This document shows positions 1-15,100 of a DNA stretch of 64,000 nt, piece by piece. Source of the stretch: Octopus bimaculoides (Eukaryota); NCBI RefSeq assembly GCF_001194135.2, contig NC_068990.1:88774286-88838285 (forward strand), in the 5' to 3' direction. The notes under the pieces are model-generated. The model was not told where the DNA came from, did no database searches, and saw nothing but the letters and a program-made list of their open reading frames with translations. Both the position numbers and the translations under genes were made by a program. Positions within the stretch are counted from its first letter, which is position 1, and every line of letters begins with the position of its first letter.

Positions 1-199
1 GATGTACCTGAGAAAAAATTGTGGAAAAAGAAAAACGTAACAGCAGAAGATTGTAAAGAAAAATGTTTGTCTGACAGAAATTGTTTATCATTTGAAATAA
101 CAAAAAAAAGTAAAAAATGTTACTTATCAAATCAACTTCCATATCCCTTCATGAAATTACTGCCAACCAAAGATAGAGATTACTACCAACGAATAAAAT
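1..199 (+). CDS. Exon A1 (partial), PAN/Apple type A
   Basis: Frame 1: DVPEKKLWKKKNVTAEDCKEKCLSDRNCLSFEITKKSKKCYLS...RDYYQRIK. PAN pattern CxxxC..C.SF..C; donor T|GTAATT at 199/200. Confidence 0.85.
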
Positions 200-3100
200 G
201 TAATTATTCTTTGTATTTTATCACTGGAATTTTCTTTTCCATTATTTCTGAAATTTATGATTCCATTTGTACTTCATCATCATCATCATTTAACATCCGC
301 TTTCCATGCTGGCATGGGTTGGATGGTTTGACAAGCTGGCTTTGCTGTATGTTTTGGTATACTGGATGTCCTTCCAAACAACAACCACCCCAGAGTGTGG
401 GGTTGGGGTATGCAGTGACTGGTAGAACTTGGGCCAGTAGAGGGGGTAGGGGACATCAGGATAGCAATGATACAGTGAGCAAGGCAATGAAGACAGGATT
501 GGAAAGCAAAAGATATGCATAAAGCATCAAAAAGATGAAATGTGAGGAAGAGGAGAGATGTTGTTTGGTTTGTTGGGGTAGGGTGTGGAAAAAGTTTTGT
601 TGCTTTTACATGTAGGTGGAATGCACAGTGCTCTCAGAACTCAGTTTCATTGAAGTAGGCAGGTCTTCTCAAGAACCTCATGTCACCAGACATCTCAGTC
701 CATTGTCATCTCCTCTATGATGCCTAACATCTTAAGATTAGTCCTCACTACTTCATCCCATGTCTTCTTGGGTCTCCATCTTCTACAGGTGCTATTCACT
801 CTCAGTGATCAGCACTTCTTTATACAGCTGTCTCCATTCATACACATATGTCCAAACAAATGTGCTCTTCTCTCTCTTTTGTAATAGCAGCTGCAAAATG
901 CCAACAAAAGTACTATGAGATAGACATCTCTAACAAAAAAGAGATGTTAGCCCAGGCCCACAAACTCATAAAAGAGAAAAAAACCTAGGCTAACCTTGCA
1001 CTCCCAGCCAAAGTGGAGGCAGAAATTGAGAAGAGGATCGTAAAGTATAGGTGCATCTCAGAGCAGTCTCAGAGAGCAGAACAACCCTCCCACTTTCAGG
1101 TGCCCGACGTTTTGGTACCATCTCAGTCCTTTTTAAAACAGAAGAGCTGGTCATGAAGCATTCGGTGGGACCCTGCAAAACTGACCAGCTTATAATCTAC
1201 CCATCCTACATGGGCAGAAGAACAATAAAAGTTCAAGTATCTGGAATAACACCAGGTATCAACATATGGTGGCTCATGGGATGTGTGATCGCAGAGGGTA
1301 GAAGGCCTCATTGCTTTACTTGTGATGAAGCAACACACCTACAAGCGCTCTGCCCTCAGCAAATAAGTACAAGGGTCCCGTTGCAGAAGTCAACCATAAA
1401 AACCAACACCTCACAACCAAGCTCAACAACCCCCCCTCTCACAAACAAGCACACAGAAAAAGATACATATACAAACACAAATTCACTTTCACACAGAGAG
1501 GAGGCTGTTGCTGCAGACACTAGTTCTACCACATTGAAGAATGATGATGAGGGGGAACAGAGTAAATAAAAATAAAACGAAAAGTCACAGAAGTGAGACA
1601 TCTTGTCCTGCACCAAAACAAGATGTCAAAGAAGCACTCATACCCACAACAATTGCAGATACTCAGACAACTCCTACATTATCACAATCATCAACTAAAG
1701 CACCAAAAACCCCACTGCAAACTAAAAAAAATCCCAAAAGGTAACTCACACCACAAATACAACAAGAACAGCAACAAACAATGACNNNNNNNNNNNNNNN
1801 NNNNNNNNNNNNNNNNNNNNNNNNNNNNNNNNNNNAGTTCATGATAAGCTCTACAGTCAGACGGGTTTGTATGAGATGTATGCAGAGCAACGAAACTATT
1901 CTGAAAACTCTCATACAGTGTCCATGCATTGCTGACTTGTGGAGCTTTGTTGAACAGTTATTGTCATGTGTAGGACAGATCTAGCTATCATCTGAGTCTA
2001 TCAGAAAGATCTCGCTGTCTCCTTTCTTTGGCCCGGAAGGACAAGCACTTTTTCTGTCTGGTGGCTATGGCAAAAGGGGTCGTGTGGTGGATACAATTGA
2101 AAGGTTTGAAGACAGATACCTTCCTCTCCAGCCAAGACCTCATTGACTTTTTCAGGTTCCATCTGAAAAGGATAGTGAGGCTGGAGAGGGAGGTACTGTC
2201 ACCCAGTAAGTTTGTTGAAAGGTGGGTGAATGTGGCCAGAATAGCCCATGTGAATGGGCCTATTTTAAGTGTGTGCCTGTAGGCCAGATAGAATGAGGAG
2301 GAGAGGGGTGCTTACCTTATGTTCCTTTGGTGTTAGGGAGTCCAAAGTGTGTGAGTTTCCTTTGGTTACCTCTCAGTGGAACTCCCCCTTGTTGCGGGAG
2401 TACAGTATTGGTTTAATCTCCTTGTTAATTGTTGTGGGGTTTTTTTTCTGTTTGCACATTTAACCCCACTGTCCCTCATCTGTGTATCATCCTTCATGCT
2501 TTGTGTCAGCCCTGGTGGCCAATAGAGAATCATCATCATCATCATCATCATCATTATTATTATTATTATTATTATTGATTTGACTCAGGTTTGGTCTTAT
2601 TCCTGGCATCATTTATGTGGGCAGCAGGTACTACTTGTAACCATAGGTACCCACTAGCTTTCAATAGTCTTTCAAGTCCAGGAACTTTTTTTGTATCACC
2701 TCATGTAACAAATAGGCCATTTCAGAATTATGCACCACATGCATTATAATGTTTAATGAGTGTGTGTGTTTGTGTATGTGTGTGTGTGTGCACGTATGCA
2801 TCTGTTTTGAGGGTGGGTATAAAATGTAATATTTATTTTCTTTTTTTTCTTCCAGTTAACGGTCACAAAATTAAGCTTTCTAAAGTTAGCATACCTGGGC
2901 AGGATGCTTTAAGACAGCTTAAGAATATGAGCTTAGATAAGTGTGATGAAGCTTGCTATCAACATCCAGAATGTAATTCTTATGAGTATAATGAGAAAGA
3001 AAAGCTCTGTAATTTGAATGATGCTACTCAGTCAACTGATAAACTTAAACCCAACAATGACAATTGGGATACTATCATCATTGATACAGGTCAGTAGAGT

Positions 3101-6100
3101 ATTTTATTTTATTTTTATGTGCATGTCTGTGCATGTCTTGTGGAAAGCATTGGCAATGATAAATCATATTACAGTACTTCAGACTCATGGAGTGCTGTGC
3201 ATAAAATATATTGTGCTTTTTGTGTGTGAGTGACAGCAGAGTACTTGAGAAGAACCATACATAATCGCAGCAAAAATGATGTTCTAAAATCATTTCATTT
3301 ATTCTTGTGCATGCTAGGCTCTGCCCCTAAGCTAATGCTGCTTCATCAAGCATTCCCCAAATCTCATTGCACTAACTTCACCTTAACACCTATCCCTTCA
3401 TCACTTCTCTATTTGTAGCACAAATTAACACCTGCAGTGACTTGAGAGCAGAGTTCGCATATATCATTTCCCCCATCCATTCTTTGTGCTACCAGGTTCC
3501 GCCTTCCCTTCCCCCATCCCCTACTGGTACCACATCCATCCTTCATTCTTGTTATCTTCCCTTTCCACACTATTTTCATTGGTCACTTCCTCTCAGTCAC
3601 TTCACTTCTCTCTCCCTCTTCTCTGCTATACTCCATCATAACACTTCACATATTTGCTATCCACCAACCATAAGTACCCCAATATCTCTTTCTCCAATAC
3701 TGGAACAAAGTATGGCTGAACTTGGGATCATGCGGAGAGAATACAAACTCTTAATTCATATGCTACAAATGATTGTAATATTTAGGACTATAAAAATCTG
3801 CAAGGCCTTCTTAAGATTTAAAGGATAATGTTTAATAGGAGATGCTTTCCTTCATAACCTTGCTACCATGTAGGTGGCTGGTCAAAATTTACCCTCAAAT
3901 TAAAAAGAGAAGGAGAAGAACATACATACATACTTTTTTATATGTATGTTTGTATGCAGATGTCTTCAGATTGTTTCACTCAATACTTCTGATTGTAAGA
4001 TTGTCATCTCTTTATTCTCACCCTCCTCCAAATATACTCTCACCCTTGGTACCAATTTCTGCTTTCAATTTCAGATTACACCAAAATTAACTGTGGGCCA
4101 CCAAAAGACATTGTTGGTGCTGAGAAGTCCTACAATACTACCACCTATAAATCTGAAGTGATCTACACTTGTCCAGAAGGAGACAAGCTAAAGTCAATAT
4201 GTAAAAAGGATAGGAAATGGTCTCCAGTAAATTCTACATGTAAAGGTAATGTAAATAGCTTCTGTTTTGTTGCCACTGTCAGGGTAATTTTATTTTATTT
4301 TCATGCTAAATGTCTTTGTCAGATGAAGTCTGGCTGATTCTGACAACTTACAGTGTTTGTAGCTGGTGGAAGAGACAAAGGAAGCTGTCCTCAGACCAGA
4401 TACCACCCCAAATGCTTGCAACAGAGTGGACATCATTGACTTTTTCCAAAGGCGAAGTATTAAAGTCTCCCAATGAAAAAAGGGAAATATGGTAGACTGT
4501 TCCCTCCAGAAGACATCCATACAGTTTCCATTTACCAGATTTCATCCTTAGTTGTGAAGCAAATTTTTAACCAATTTTTAACCACATAACCAAGATTCCA
4601 CCCAAGACCACAGTATTTTGAAGTAACCTCCTTAACCTCACAGTCATACCAAGGGTATCTGTGTAGATCTCTTAATTTCCAACTTGACCTTTTTCATATG
4701 ATGCCCCCCCACAAGTCCTTCCTCACTAAAATTCAGCAATCCTTTGAAATAGCCTTCCAGTGCTCTAACAATTCTTCTAATCCACCATCCACCACACTTA
4801 ATTATAATAAATGCAATTATTATTAATGATGGGTTTGATTTAATTTTTGATGGCAGGAGTTCAATCTTTACCCTCAACTTCAGTATTCGAATGGTACTGA
4901 ATTTTATCAATACCTGAATGGCTAACAGACAAAGTTGCATTTGAATTCAGAACATAAAGAACCTGAATACATAATGCAACAGGATTTTGCCAACGTTCTA
5001 ATCATTCTTTGAGTGAACAATTCTTAATTATAGAAATAATAACAATGATTATTAACATATAAGAGCACATGATATACACTTAAAAAAGGGATGATGATGA
5101 TGATGATGATGACAATGGCAACAATAATGATACCAATGTCTACAGGGAGATTTTTTTATATCACCAATATTGTTGAGCTTGCCATGCAGCTTGCAAGGCT
5201 ATAAACCCCAAGGGAGAGTTGGGACAGCTTTATGTTAAGGAATGAGGGATTAAAGTGAGGTAGAAGGGGATAGTGGGGCAAAGCAGATTCTTGTGGGAGA
5301 GAATGATTAACAGGAGCTGCAATTAGACAGATATTAGAGATGAAGTGTCCAGGTGACCCCTGAAAGTAAGTAAAAATGGGTGGTGGATTTGCATGATTGT
5401 ATGAGGTGGAGGAGATGAGGGGATGCGGAGGCAACATGCAACCGTAAAATATTAGGTAATATTGAAGAGCAAGCACTGATCGTTCATAAGTTGGGGAAGA
5501 GAAAGGGATGCAAAAGAGTGTGGGTGGTGTTGAGAGCAAAAGGATAGTAATAATATCAGTCTTCTCTTTTGCTCATTCCATATTATTCCTCTTTTACTTA
5601 ATTTTCTTCTCAACACATTTGCACTTTCTATACAGGCACACTGATACTGCACATTCATTAGAGCACACTAGCTTCATTCCTCTCTAGTCTTTGCATATGG
5701 CCTTCATCTTACTGTCATGTTGTATAGCTGGTCAAATACAAGCAACATACAATCTGCCTTTCACTTGTTGTGAGAGGCCTTTTGTTTCCACCAGAGGTTA
5801 TAGCTTACTGAACTTACTCCATCCTATTATTCTAGCAACAATACACTTTGAANNNNNNNNNNTTTGAGAAAATTCAGTTCCTGTGTGCCCAGTGCACTTC
5901 TGATGAGTCCATATGTTGCACTGGATACACCATATGGAATTCCTACCAACACCTTTCCTATATATTGAGCAGAGCACACACATAATATTCATGCAACATT
6001 GGTATCAATTTCTGTTCTTAATTTCAGTTTATGCAAAAATTAACTGTGGCACTCCAAAGGAAGTTACTGGTGCATCAAAGTCCTACAAAACCACCACCTA

Positions 6101-9100
6101 TAAATCTGAAGTGACCTATACTTGTCCAAAGGGAGAACAACTAAAGTCAGTTTGTGAAAAAAACAATGAATGGACTCCAGTGGCAGAAGCCTGTAAAGGT
6201 AATGTAAATAGCTCATCTCCTGATGTTTTTGTCTATGTAATTTTGTTTTATTTTTGTATTAAATGTGTTTGTCAGAGGAATACTAACTGAAAATATGACA
6301 AGTTTGTCAGTGTTTGTGGCTGTTGGTTGGGAAGAACTAGTTATCCTAAGACCAGAGATCTTACATATGCCCACAACAGAAAGTGGGCTGATCTATGGAA
6401 AGTAGTATGAACAGGAATGATAATGAGAGGGAGAGGTAACTGGTAGTGCCATAGGTGAGGATGGAGTATGTATTGATTCTGCTCACTGACTTCAGCAGCT
6501 AAGTTGTACCATGTACATATGGACTGTAAAGATGAGGATGGGATGCAATCCTTTTGAATGTAGAATAATCTCTGTCTAGAAACTGTTTAAGAAACCCAAC
6601 ATCAAAGATCACCCTGAACTTCAACGTCAAGTGTCCTCTCCAATTATTGCTCTCTGAGCTACAGGTCTATGCACTTTAATAGCCATCCACTCAAGCCATT
6701 TTTACCACTCTCATCTTGCTTTCAATAATTTCCTTCTTTTCCATCCTTCCCTTCTTTACAAGTGAAATTTAAAAATGCAGATGAGGGATTGACCAAGGAG
6801 GGAATCACCATTGTCTGACATTTCAAACTCATTCACTGCACAATCTCGTTTGCTATAGCTACCAGACAGAGGTAAACTACTTCCTCTGTCCAGATAAAGA
6901 AGGGTTTGAGGTAATCATTCCACACATAATAACAGGTGGTTTTTAACATAACTTCATGACCCAGATATGTTTGGATGTGGAATGAAAGCATGCAAAATGA
7001 TTTTGTTTTATTGCATGCATCTCAAAGAGCTCTGTCCTAGCACTTCATTGACTGTAGATTTTATTTTGAACCAGGAGAGCCCTTTGTTAGCACTGCCAAA
7101 ACAAGGACTTAAGGAAGTTTCCCTATGTTATTCCCTGAACAAAAAGTCCTTCAAAACAAACTTAGCAAATCATTGTCATTGATGACCAAAGGAACCATGA
7201 GAATGTCTGCTTTATCATGCCATTAATTCTCAATAGATTGTTAAAGTGGAACATCCACCAATCCTATTGCCTAGGTCATGTTTCATCCTGCATACTGTAT
7301 CTTCTGAAATCCTTTTGATTACATTAGATAATGTAAAATGCCTTTTTTAAAAGATGGCTGGGGATGATTGAAAGAAGTTTTGTTAATATTTCTAACATAT
7401 TGGGCATCCACATAGGGATTTCATTCAGCTAGTTGTGGTGATTGTGGTGGACAATACTTGGTCACTGTTTATATATTTATTACAATATCAAACATTCAGA
7501 TTGACTCACAGATGCTCAAGTTTGGCATAATGACATGAATCACACAAGTGTCGATAAGTGGGTGGCCCAGGCATTTCATGACATCATTGTTTCTGCGGTG
7601 ACTAGATTTTAAAAGCCATGACTGCCACCTCAATGTAATCAATTATTTATCCATTATTTAGGGACATGGCAAAACATAATTAATGAAAGCAATGAGATCG
7701 TGTGAGATTCATGTCTTTCTCAAGGACACTAACTGTCTATTTAAAATGAACTGATTTAGATAGAGAATCAAACCTTGATTATTGACTCACCCTGCTCAGT
7801 CCATATTTATAATAAAAGGAATACTAGGGAAAAATTCTCAGGGTCACTTCCTGCGTGGATAACAAATATAGTTAATTAAGGTTTCACCCTCAGTAGGGGG
7901 TAAAATTATTATGTTATGGTCTTATTCTGGTCATGAAATTCAAAAGTTACAACCTTGTAAAGATAAACACTCTTTTTCTTCATTTCATTAAAAGTATAAT
8001 TTTAGTGAATTAAAATTTCTTAGCTTGCTACATTAAGTTGTGAATGTCCACATTGCTACATATTTATATTTATTCACTAGATTATGATAGAAAAGAATTA
8101 TTTATTTTTGTTTTCCCAGGAAAAACATTGTAAAAGAGTCAAGTGATGGGTTATAGACCTTGCCATTACTAATTACATTTAGTTACATCCTTTTACATTC
8201 TGGGTTCAAATCCCACCTGGATGTACTTCACCTTTCATACTTCTGAGGTTGATTAAACAAGTGCTGAAGTCAATGAACCTTTGTGTATTCTCACTGCAGA
8301 ATCCGTGGCATTGTGTTTATTATTAAAATTAGTAACCTCAGCAATGATTATAATTATTCTTGTATTTTAGGGTGATAGATTGACAGAATCATTAGAGCAT
8401 CAGACAAATTGTGATATTCGTTCTGGCTCTTTTAATGTCTAACTTCTAATCCTGCTGATGTTAACTCTACCCTTCTAGGGCCACTAAAATACAATACCAG
8501 TCAAGTTTATAGGCCAATTTGATTGTTTAACTCCTACCTCATATTTTTGTTGTTTTCTCTATATTAGAAATTATTACTATTGTTGTTATTTTCACTCAGC
8601 TAAATTTTCCTTTAATTCCAGTTGCTGAAATCCATTTTGTGAAAGTAAAAGATGCAGCTCTGGATGTATCTGAGAAAATATTGTGGAAGAAGAATGTAAC
8701 AGCAGATGCTTGTGCAAAAAAGTGTTTCGCTGACAAAAATTGTTTATCATTTGAAATAAACAAAGAAAATGGAAATTGTTACTTTTCAGAAAAAAATGCA
8801 GCTTCCTCCAAGAAAATGAAAACAGCCAAAAGCAGAGATTACTACCAACGAGTAAAAGGTAATTATTCTGTGCATTTTATTATTGCAATTCTCTTTTCCT
8901 CTTACTTCTGAAATTTGTGATTCCATTTGTAATTCATAATGTACAGACAACCATTTCTGTAAAGACATTGACATGTCTCTGTCTTTACAGAAAGACAGAG
9001 ACATATTCCTGAAAAACAAAGAGCAATATTAGGAAATGGAAATACTGTTAGGACATTCTCATAGAGAATGTGTTCCTCTTGAACGCTTTTATGTATACCT

Positions 9101-12100
9101 TCAATTATAGTTTCATGTAAGAAAAGAACCTCATGGTGTTTTTCTTAAACCCAAAGAGTAATAGTATTAGTATTACTAGTAGTAGCCATGGTGGTGGTGG
9201 TAGCAGCAGGAGCAGTAGCAGTAACAGCAGCGACAACAGCTTTTTCTTCATTTCTTCTTGTTGACATGGCTTAAACAGTGCTATTACAACACAGTGTCTC
9301 ATCAGTAGTTGTCCTTCGTAATCTGCCATACAAAATAACAGAAAAAGTACTATCAATCTATGTAGTCATGTATTTGCTACATTTTGTCATGGTTATTAGA
9401 GCAAGATGACCTTCTTGTATTCAATCACGTCTGTTTGTTTGTCCTTGGACAAGATATCTCAAGAACCACTGGATGGATTTTGATGAAACTTTCAGAGATG
9501 TTTGGCCTTGTGACTGGCACAAACTGATTAAATTCTGGAATCGATCCGGTACTGGACAAGGATTCTCAATTATTTTTGCTGGGTTTTTTTTTTTACTTCC
9601 TTGTTGAGAGCAGTCAGGTTTGTTTTTAGTATTCTCGTTTGTGAGAGCAGTCAAATTTATTTCAGATATTCTCATTTCAAAAATCATCTCTGGCTAATCG
9701 TTGAGAGGACATTGGTGTTGCCTTGGTGCAGGTTTGCGCTCTCTGAGTGCTCTTGTTATTATTATTATTTTTATTATTTCTCTTTATCACAGATTTTGTT
9801 AGAGCTCTAAGAGTCTTACATGTACTGAGTTCTAATTCTGCCAAAGTCGACTTCTCCTTTCATCAGTTTTAGGGATCAATGAAATAAGTACCAGTTGAGT
9901 ACCAGGACTGATGAAATCGACTTGCCCCCTCTCCCCAAAATTGCTGGCCTTGTACCGAAATTTGAAATCATCATGACTACTACTACTACNNNNNNNNNNC
10001 CTAAATTTGAAATCATCATGACTACTACTACTCCTACTACTACTACTACTAAAGATGTTCTATAGCTCACATGGATTCTGATTAGGGTGACATTTTGGGT
10101 ATCAATTATTTCTTTATTACAAATAATCCTTTTACAATATTTTGCACAGATACTTTACAATATCTAATATATGAATGTGGTGTCTGCGTGTGTGCGTGTG
10201 TGCGCACGTGCGTGTGTATGTGTGCGTGTGTGTGTGTGAGTAGTAGTTGGAGGAGTATAAAATGTATTCCTTGTTCTCTCTTTTTCCAGCTAACAAACCT
10301 GTTATGTTTAAAAAAGTTAGCGTGCCAAGCAAAGCTACTTTAGAACAGCTTAAGAATAAGACCTTAAAGGAGTGTGAAAATTCTTGTCAACAATATGTAG
10401 GATGTAATTCATACCAGTACAATGCTGAAGCTAAGTTGTGTGATCTGAGTAATGTGACTCAGTTGAATGATGAACTTAAACCCAATGATGGAAATTGGGA
10501 TATATATTTGATTAACCCAGGTTAGTAGAATGTTTCCATTTTATTTATTTTGTGCCTGTGTATTTACATATATGTGTGTAGTGTGTATGTGTATATATAT
10601 ATATTTATATATATATATACGTGTATATATATCATCATCATCATTATCATCATTTAACATCCGCTTTCCATACTAGCATGGATTGGATGATTTGACTGGG
10701 GAATGGCAATCCAGATGGCTACACCAGACTCCAATCTGATCTGACAGTTTCTACAGCTGGATGCCCTTCCTAACGCCAACCACTCCGAGAGTGTAGTGGG
10801 TGCTTTTTACGTGCCACTGGCACGGAAGTGAGACCACTGCTCTGGCAGTGATCCCACTCGGACGGTACTGTTAGCGCTCCACTGGCACAGGTGGCAGTCA
10901 TCGATCCTCATCAGTCATGAACCTCATCAGGTGTTCAGATGTCTTGAGTTTGTTTTAGTCAATATTTTTTTTTCTAAATTCGTCCTGATCTCCTTGTTCT
11001 CAACCACTCCTGGTATACATGCACCACTGATATCAATTCCTCTTATCTTTCAGTTTACAAAAAAGTTAACTGTGGACCGCCAAAAGACGTTATTGGTGCC
11101 AAGAAGTCCTACAAAACTACCACCTTCAAATCTGAAGTGACCTATACTTGTCCAGAAGGAGAAAAATTAAAATCAGTATGTAAAGAGGATCATAAATGGT
11201 CTCCTGTAGTGTCTGCTTGTAAAGGTAAATTAATGTAAACAGGTTCTCTCTTGATGTCTCTGTTTCAGTAAATTTGTTTAATTTTTTTTCTTAAATATCT
11301 TTGTTAGAGGAAGAAAGATTGATACTTTGTCAATCTTCATGGTGTTGTTGGCTGGTGTGAGGGATTGAATAAGCTATCCTCAGACCAGGGACATCCCCAA
11401 ATGCATGTAACAGAACAGATTTCATTAAACTCATCCAAGTTACAGGTTATGCTATTAAATTTGATAATGGATTAAATCTGCTGACCAAAAGTAGTAAGTG
11501 TAGCAGCATGTCCTCCCCAGCAGGTTTCCACATAGTTTCCATGCATCAAATTTCATTCACAGGGCTTAGTTGTGAAGCAGATACAGCCATAAATTCTCAC
11601 AATACCATATTGTTAACTTACAGTTCAGCTCATCTCTGTCATTTTCCACTTCATTTCTAACTTTTCTTTTTTTTCACCCATTCTTCATGTCATCACCTGA
11701 AACTCTGTACAATACATAGCCTTGAGTACTTCTTTACTAGAATTCAGCAACTGACTGAAAGATTTCTGATGCTTTACTGATCTTCCAGTTCACTATTCTA
11801 AATTATGATAATCCACCACCCAACCTTTTTTGTCACAGCAACAAAACAGAAAAACTGCTTTCTCTGCTTGATTAAAAATGCCTGGACATTCAACATGCGC
11901 ATGTAAAATTAGTTTGTTGTAATGTATATATTTCAGACAGGACTGTCTGATAGCACCTCAGTGACTGTAGATTATATCTTGGACTAGTAGAGCCCTTTGG
12001 TAGAATCTGTTCGTAGTATTCTCTGAGTAAAAGGTTATCTTTCAAATGAATTTTTCACCTCATTCAAATCAAAGCCCAGAGTGTCTCTGAGAATGTCAGT

Positions 12101-15100
12101 GCTCTTTCCCCACCACCAATCTTCTATAGATAACTCAAGTGTAATACCTACCAATTTCATTGCCTGGGTCAGGTTTGATCCAGTATTTTTGGGACCACAT
12201 TAGATAATCTGGCCTTCCTTTAATGGAGTGTGATTGAGAGAGTTTTTATTAATGTCTAGCAAGATGGTTATCCACCATGGTGGCCAACAGTAAATGTTGA
12301 ACTTAAAACTGCAAGCTAACAGATATGACATGGCTTATCATCTGGTATAATATTTTGTTAGCTTCAGCACCACTCCCTGACACTTCAGCTCGTCAAGGTG
12401 ATGGAGGTGGACAATACTTGGTGCAATGTTAATATATTTATTGCAATAATAGACGCTGACATTGATCCCACCAGATGCTCATGTTTGACATTGATCCATG
12501 GCCAGCTCAAGGTACCAGCAACTCGAGCAGTTACCCAGGGTGCCATGTGCTAGAGGGCACCAAGGAGGGTATGACAAAGACAAGGAAATTTCCACAATCA
12601 TCAGCTTGTACACACTGAAATTCAACTTGCCCAGGGTGCCAGCAACCCTGTGGATGGCCTTGCATTGATCACATTAATCTTATAAATATAGGAGGGAGAG
12701 CAGCCTCAGAATTTCAGGACAGCTATTTTTGTCACAGCTAACTCATTGAAAGATATAAGAGCTACCTCCTTTTAATTAGTTATGTATTCATTATTAAGGT
12801 AAATGACCAAACATAATTAGAGAAAGCAATGAAATGAGTGATATTCATGTCTTACTTAAGGGTAGTGACTGTCTATGTAAAGTGAACTGATTTGGACTGA
12901 GAATCAAACCCAGATTACTCACTCAATTCATATATATGTACTAAAACAACAATGCAAGGAAATTACTCAGGTCACTTCCTGCACGAAAAACAAATAGTAA
13001 AGTGGCTACTTATCGAACCAAGGTATTANNNNNNNNNNTGGACTGAGAATCAAACCCAGATTACTCACTCAATCCATATATATGTACTAAAACAACAATG
13101 CAAAGAAATTACTCAGGTCACTTTCTGCACGAAAAACAAATAGTAAAGTGGCTACTTATCGAACCAAGGTATTATAATTAAAGTTTCACCCTCAAAGTCT
13201 GGTAAAATTATTGTTAATGACTCATTCTGGTCATGAAATTCTGAAGAGGCACCCTCATAAAGATAAACACTTTTCTTTTGTATTTCATAAAAAGAATAAT
13301 TTTGATTAATTAATATTTCGTAGCTTGTTACATTAAGTTGTGGCTGTCCACATTAACTACATTTATATTTATTCACTAGACGATGATGAAAGTGAAATTA
13401 TTTTAGATTTTCCAGGCAAAAAGATTGCAAAAAGTGATGGGTTCTAAGCCTTCTCATCACCAGCCATATTTAGTTATGTCCTTTTACATCTGGGTTCAAA
13501 TCACCCCTGGATGTACTTTTAGTTGATAAAGAAAGCATTAGTCAAGTAGCAAGATACATTTCTTCATATATATTCTCACTGCAGAATGTGTACCCTTGGT
13601 CTCTCACACCAATCCTAAAATATCATTCTAAAGATTACTAGCCACCAATCTCATAGCTACAAGATAATGCAAGATTAATTCAAAACTTGAATAAATAAGC
13701 TTTACATTAGACAGAATAATGTCAATGAAAAATGGCTGTTAGGAACCATTATCGTTAATATTGTTAACATCTTCTGTTAAGGATGTATTCATAGAATCAT
13801 TTGAGCATCAGACAAATTGTGTTGTGGTATTAGTTCTGGCTTTTCAACTTCAAAGTTCATATCCTGCTGATGTTAACTTTGCCCTTCCAGGGCCAATAAA
13901 ATATAATCCTACAAAGGTGTAGAGGCCAGTTTAATTGATCACATTGTTCCTCAAAGTTTTGACCTTCTTTCAATGTTAGAAATTATTATTGTTGTTGTTG
14001 TTGTTTTGTTTCCAATTGTCTCAATCTTACTTTAATTCCAGCTACTAAAATCCATTTTGTGAAAGTGAAAGATGCAGTTCTGGATGTATCTGGGAAAACA
14101 TTGTTGCACAAGAAAAATATTACAGCAGATGCTTGTGCTAAAGTGTGTTTGTCTGACAAAACTTGTTTGTCATTTGAAATAAATAAAGGAAACAAAGAGT
14201 GTTACTTATCAAAGCAAACTGCAACTACCTCCAAGAAAATGAAATCAAGCAAAAGCAGAGATTACTACCAACGAATAAAATGTAATTATTCTTTGTATTT
14301 TATTATTGAAATTCTCTTTTCCTCTTTTTATGAAATTTATGATTCCATTTGTAGCATGTCTGTACTAGCATTAGTTTAACATATACATTTTTAATCTCAA
14401 GTAGGCTCAAATGACACTGTAAGCTTACAGCTCTATTCAGTCTGTGATTGGCCAAACAATCAGGCGCCTTCTAAAAGGCTCCCTCTATTACATCTAGTTG
14501 TCACTTATATAATGTGGCTGTGGCTGTGGCTATGTTTAATTGAGTTCCTTTACTTTGTATCTCTAAAGACTCCTGGCATGTAATTTGCGATAGAATCTAG
14601 CAGTATCGACCAAACTCAATGCTGATATCTCTCATGTTTTTGTAGAAACACTTTCATCAAGTCTCTTTCTATATACACAAAGTACATCTAATGTTTTCAC
14701 ACATTCATTCACCACCATCGCACAATAGACATCTCTATAAAACACAAATGACTTCTTTACAGAAATCTTATGCAAGGCATTTCACATTGTATGTAACCTA
14801 CTGCTGTCAATAAACTTTGCTATTGAACAAGTTGAGGTTTGTCCGTCTGTCTCAGTATACTAATTACTATTGAATGAACACACAGACACAGCTACCATCA
14901 CTTCAACCAGACTGTGGATACTGCATCATGTTATAGCAACAAGATACACATTAGCTATGAAGTAGTGACCACCTCACTATATTGGTGACCCCCTTCGCTA
15001 TACTGGTAACCCCTGACTAAAGGAACTTCCATTACCAGAGAGAAAACAAACGAAATTTCTTGAACCACCATTGTGCTGTACGTTCATTAGTGGTTCTTGG

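Noticed and set aside
200-240. Read-through Cys (RIK-C-NY) as the sixth apple cysteine, implying longer A exons
   Set aside because: GT is conserved in all seven copies while the codon varies (TGT, GGT, CGT). Read-through lengths vary, and no partner N-terminal Cys exists, so it is a splice donor.
12892-13175. ~137-bp direct duplication
   Set aside because: The two near-identical copies (about 3 mismatches) flank a 10-N spacer, the signature of overlapping contig ends or alleles rather than a real tandem repeat. The same pattern occurs at ~9957-10030 and ~41930-42040.
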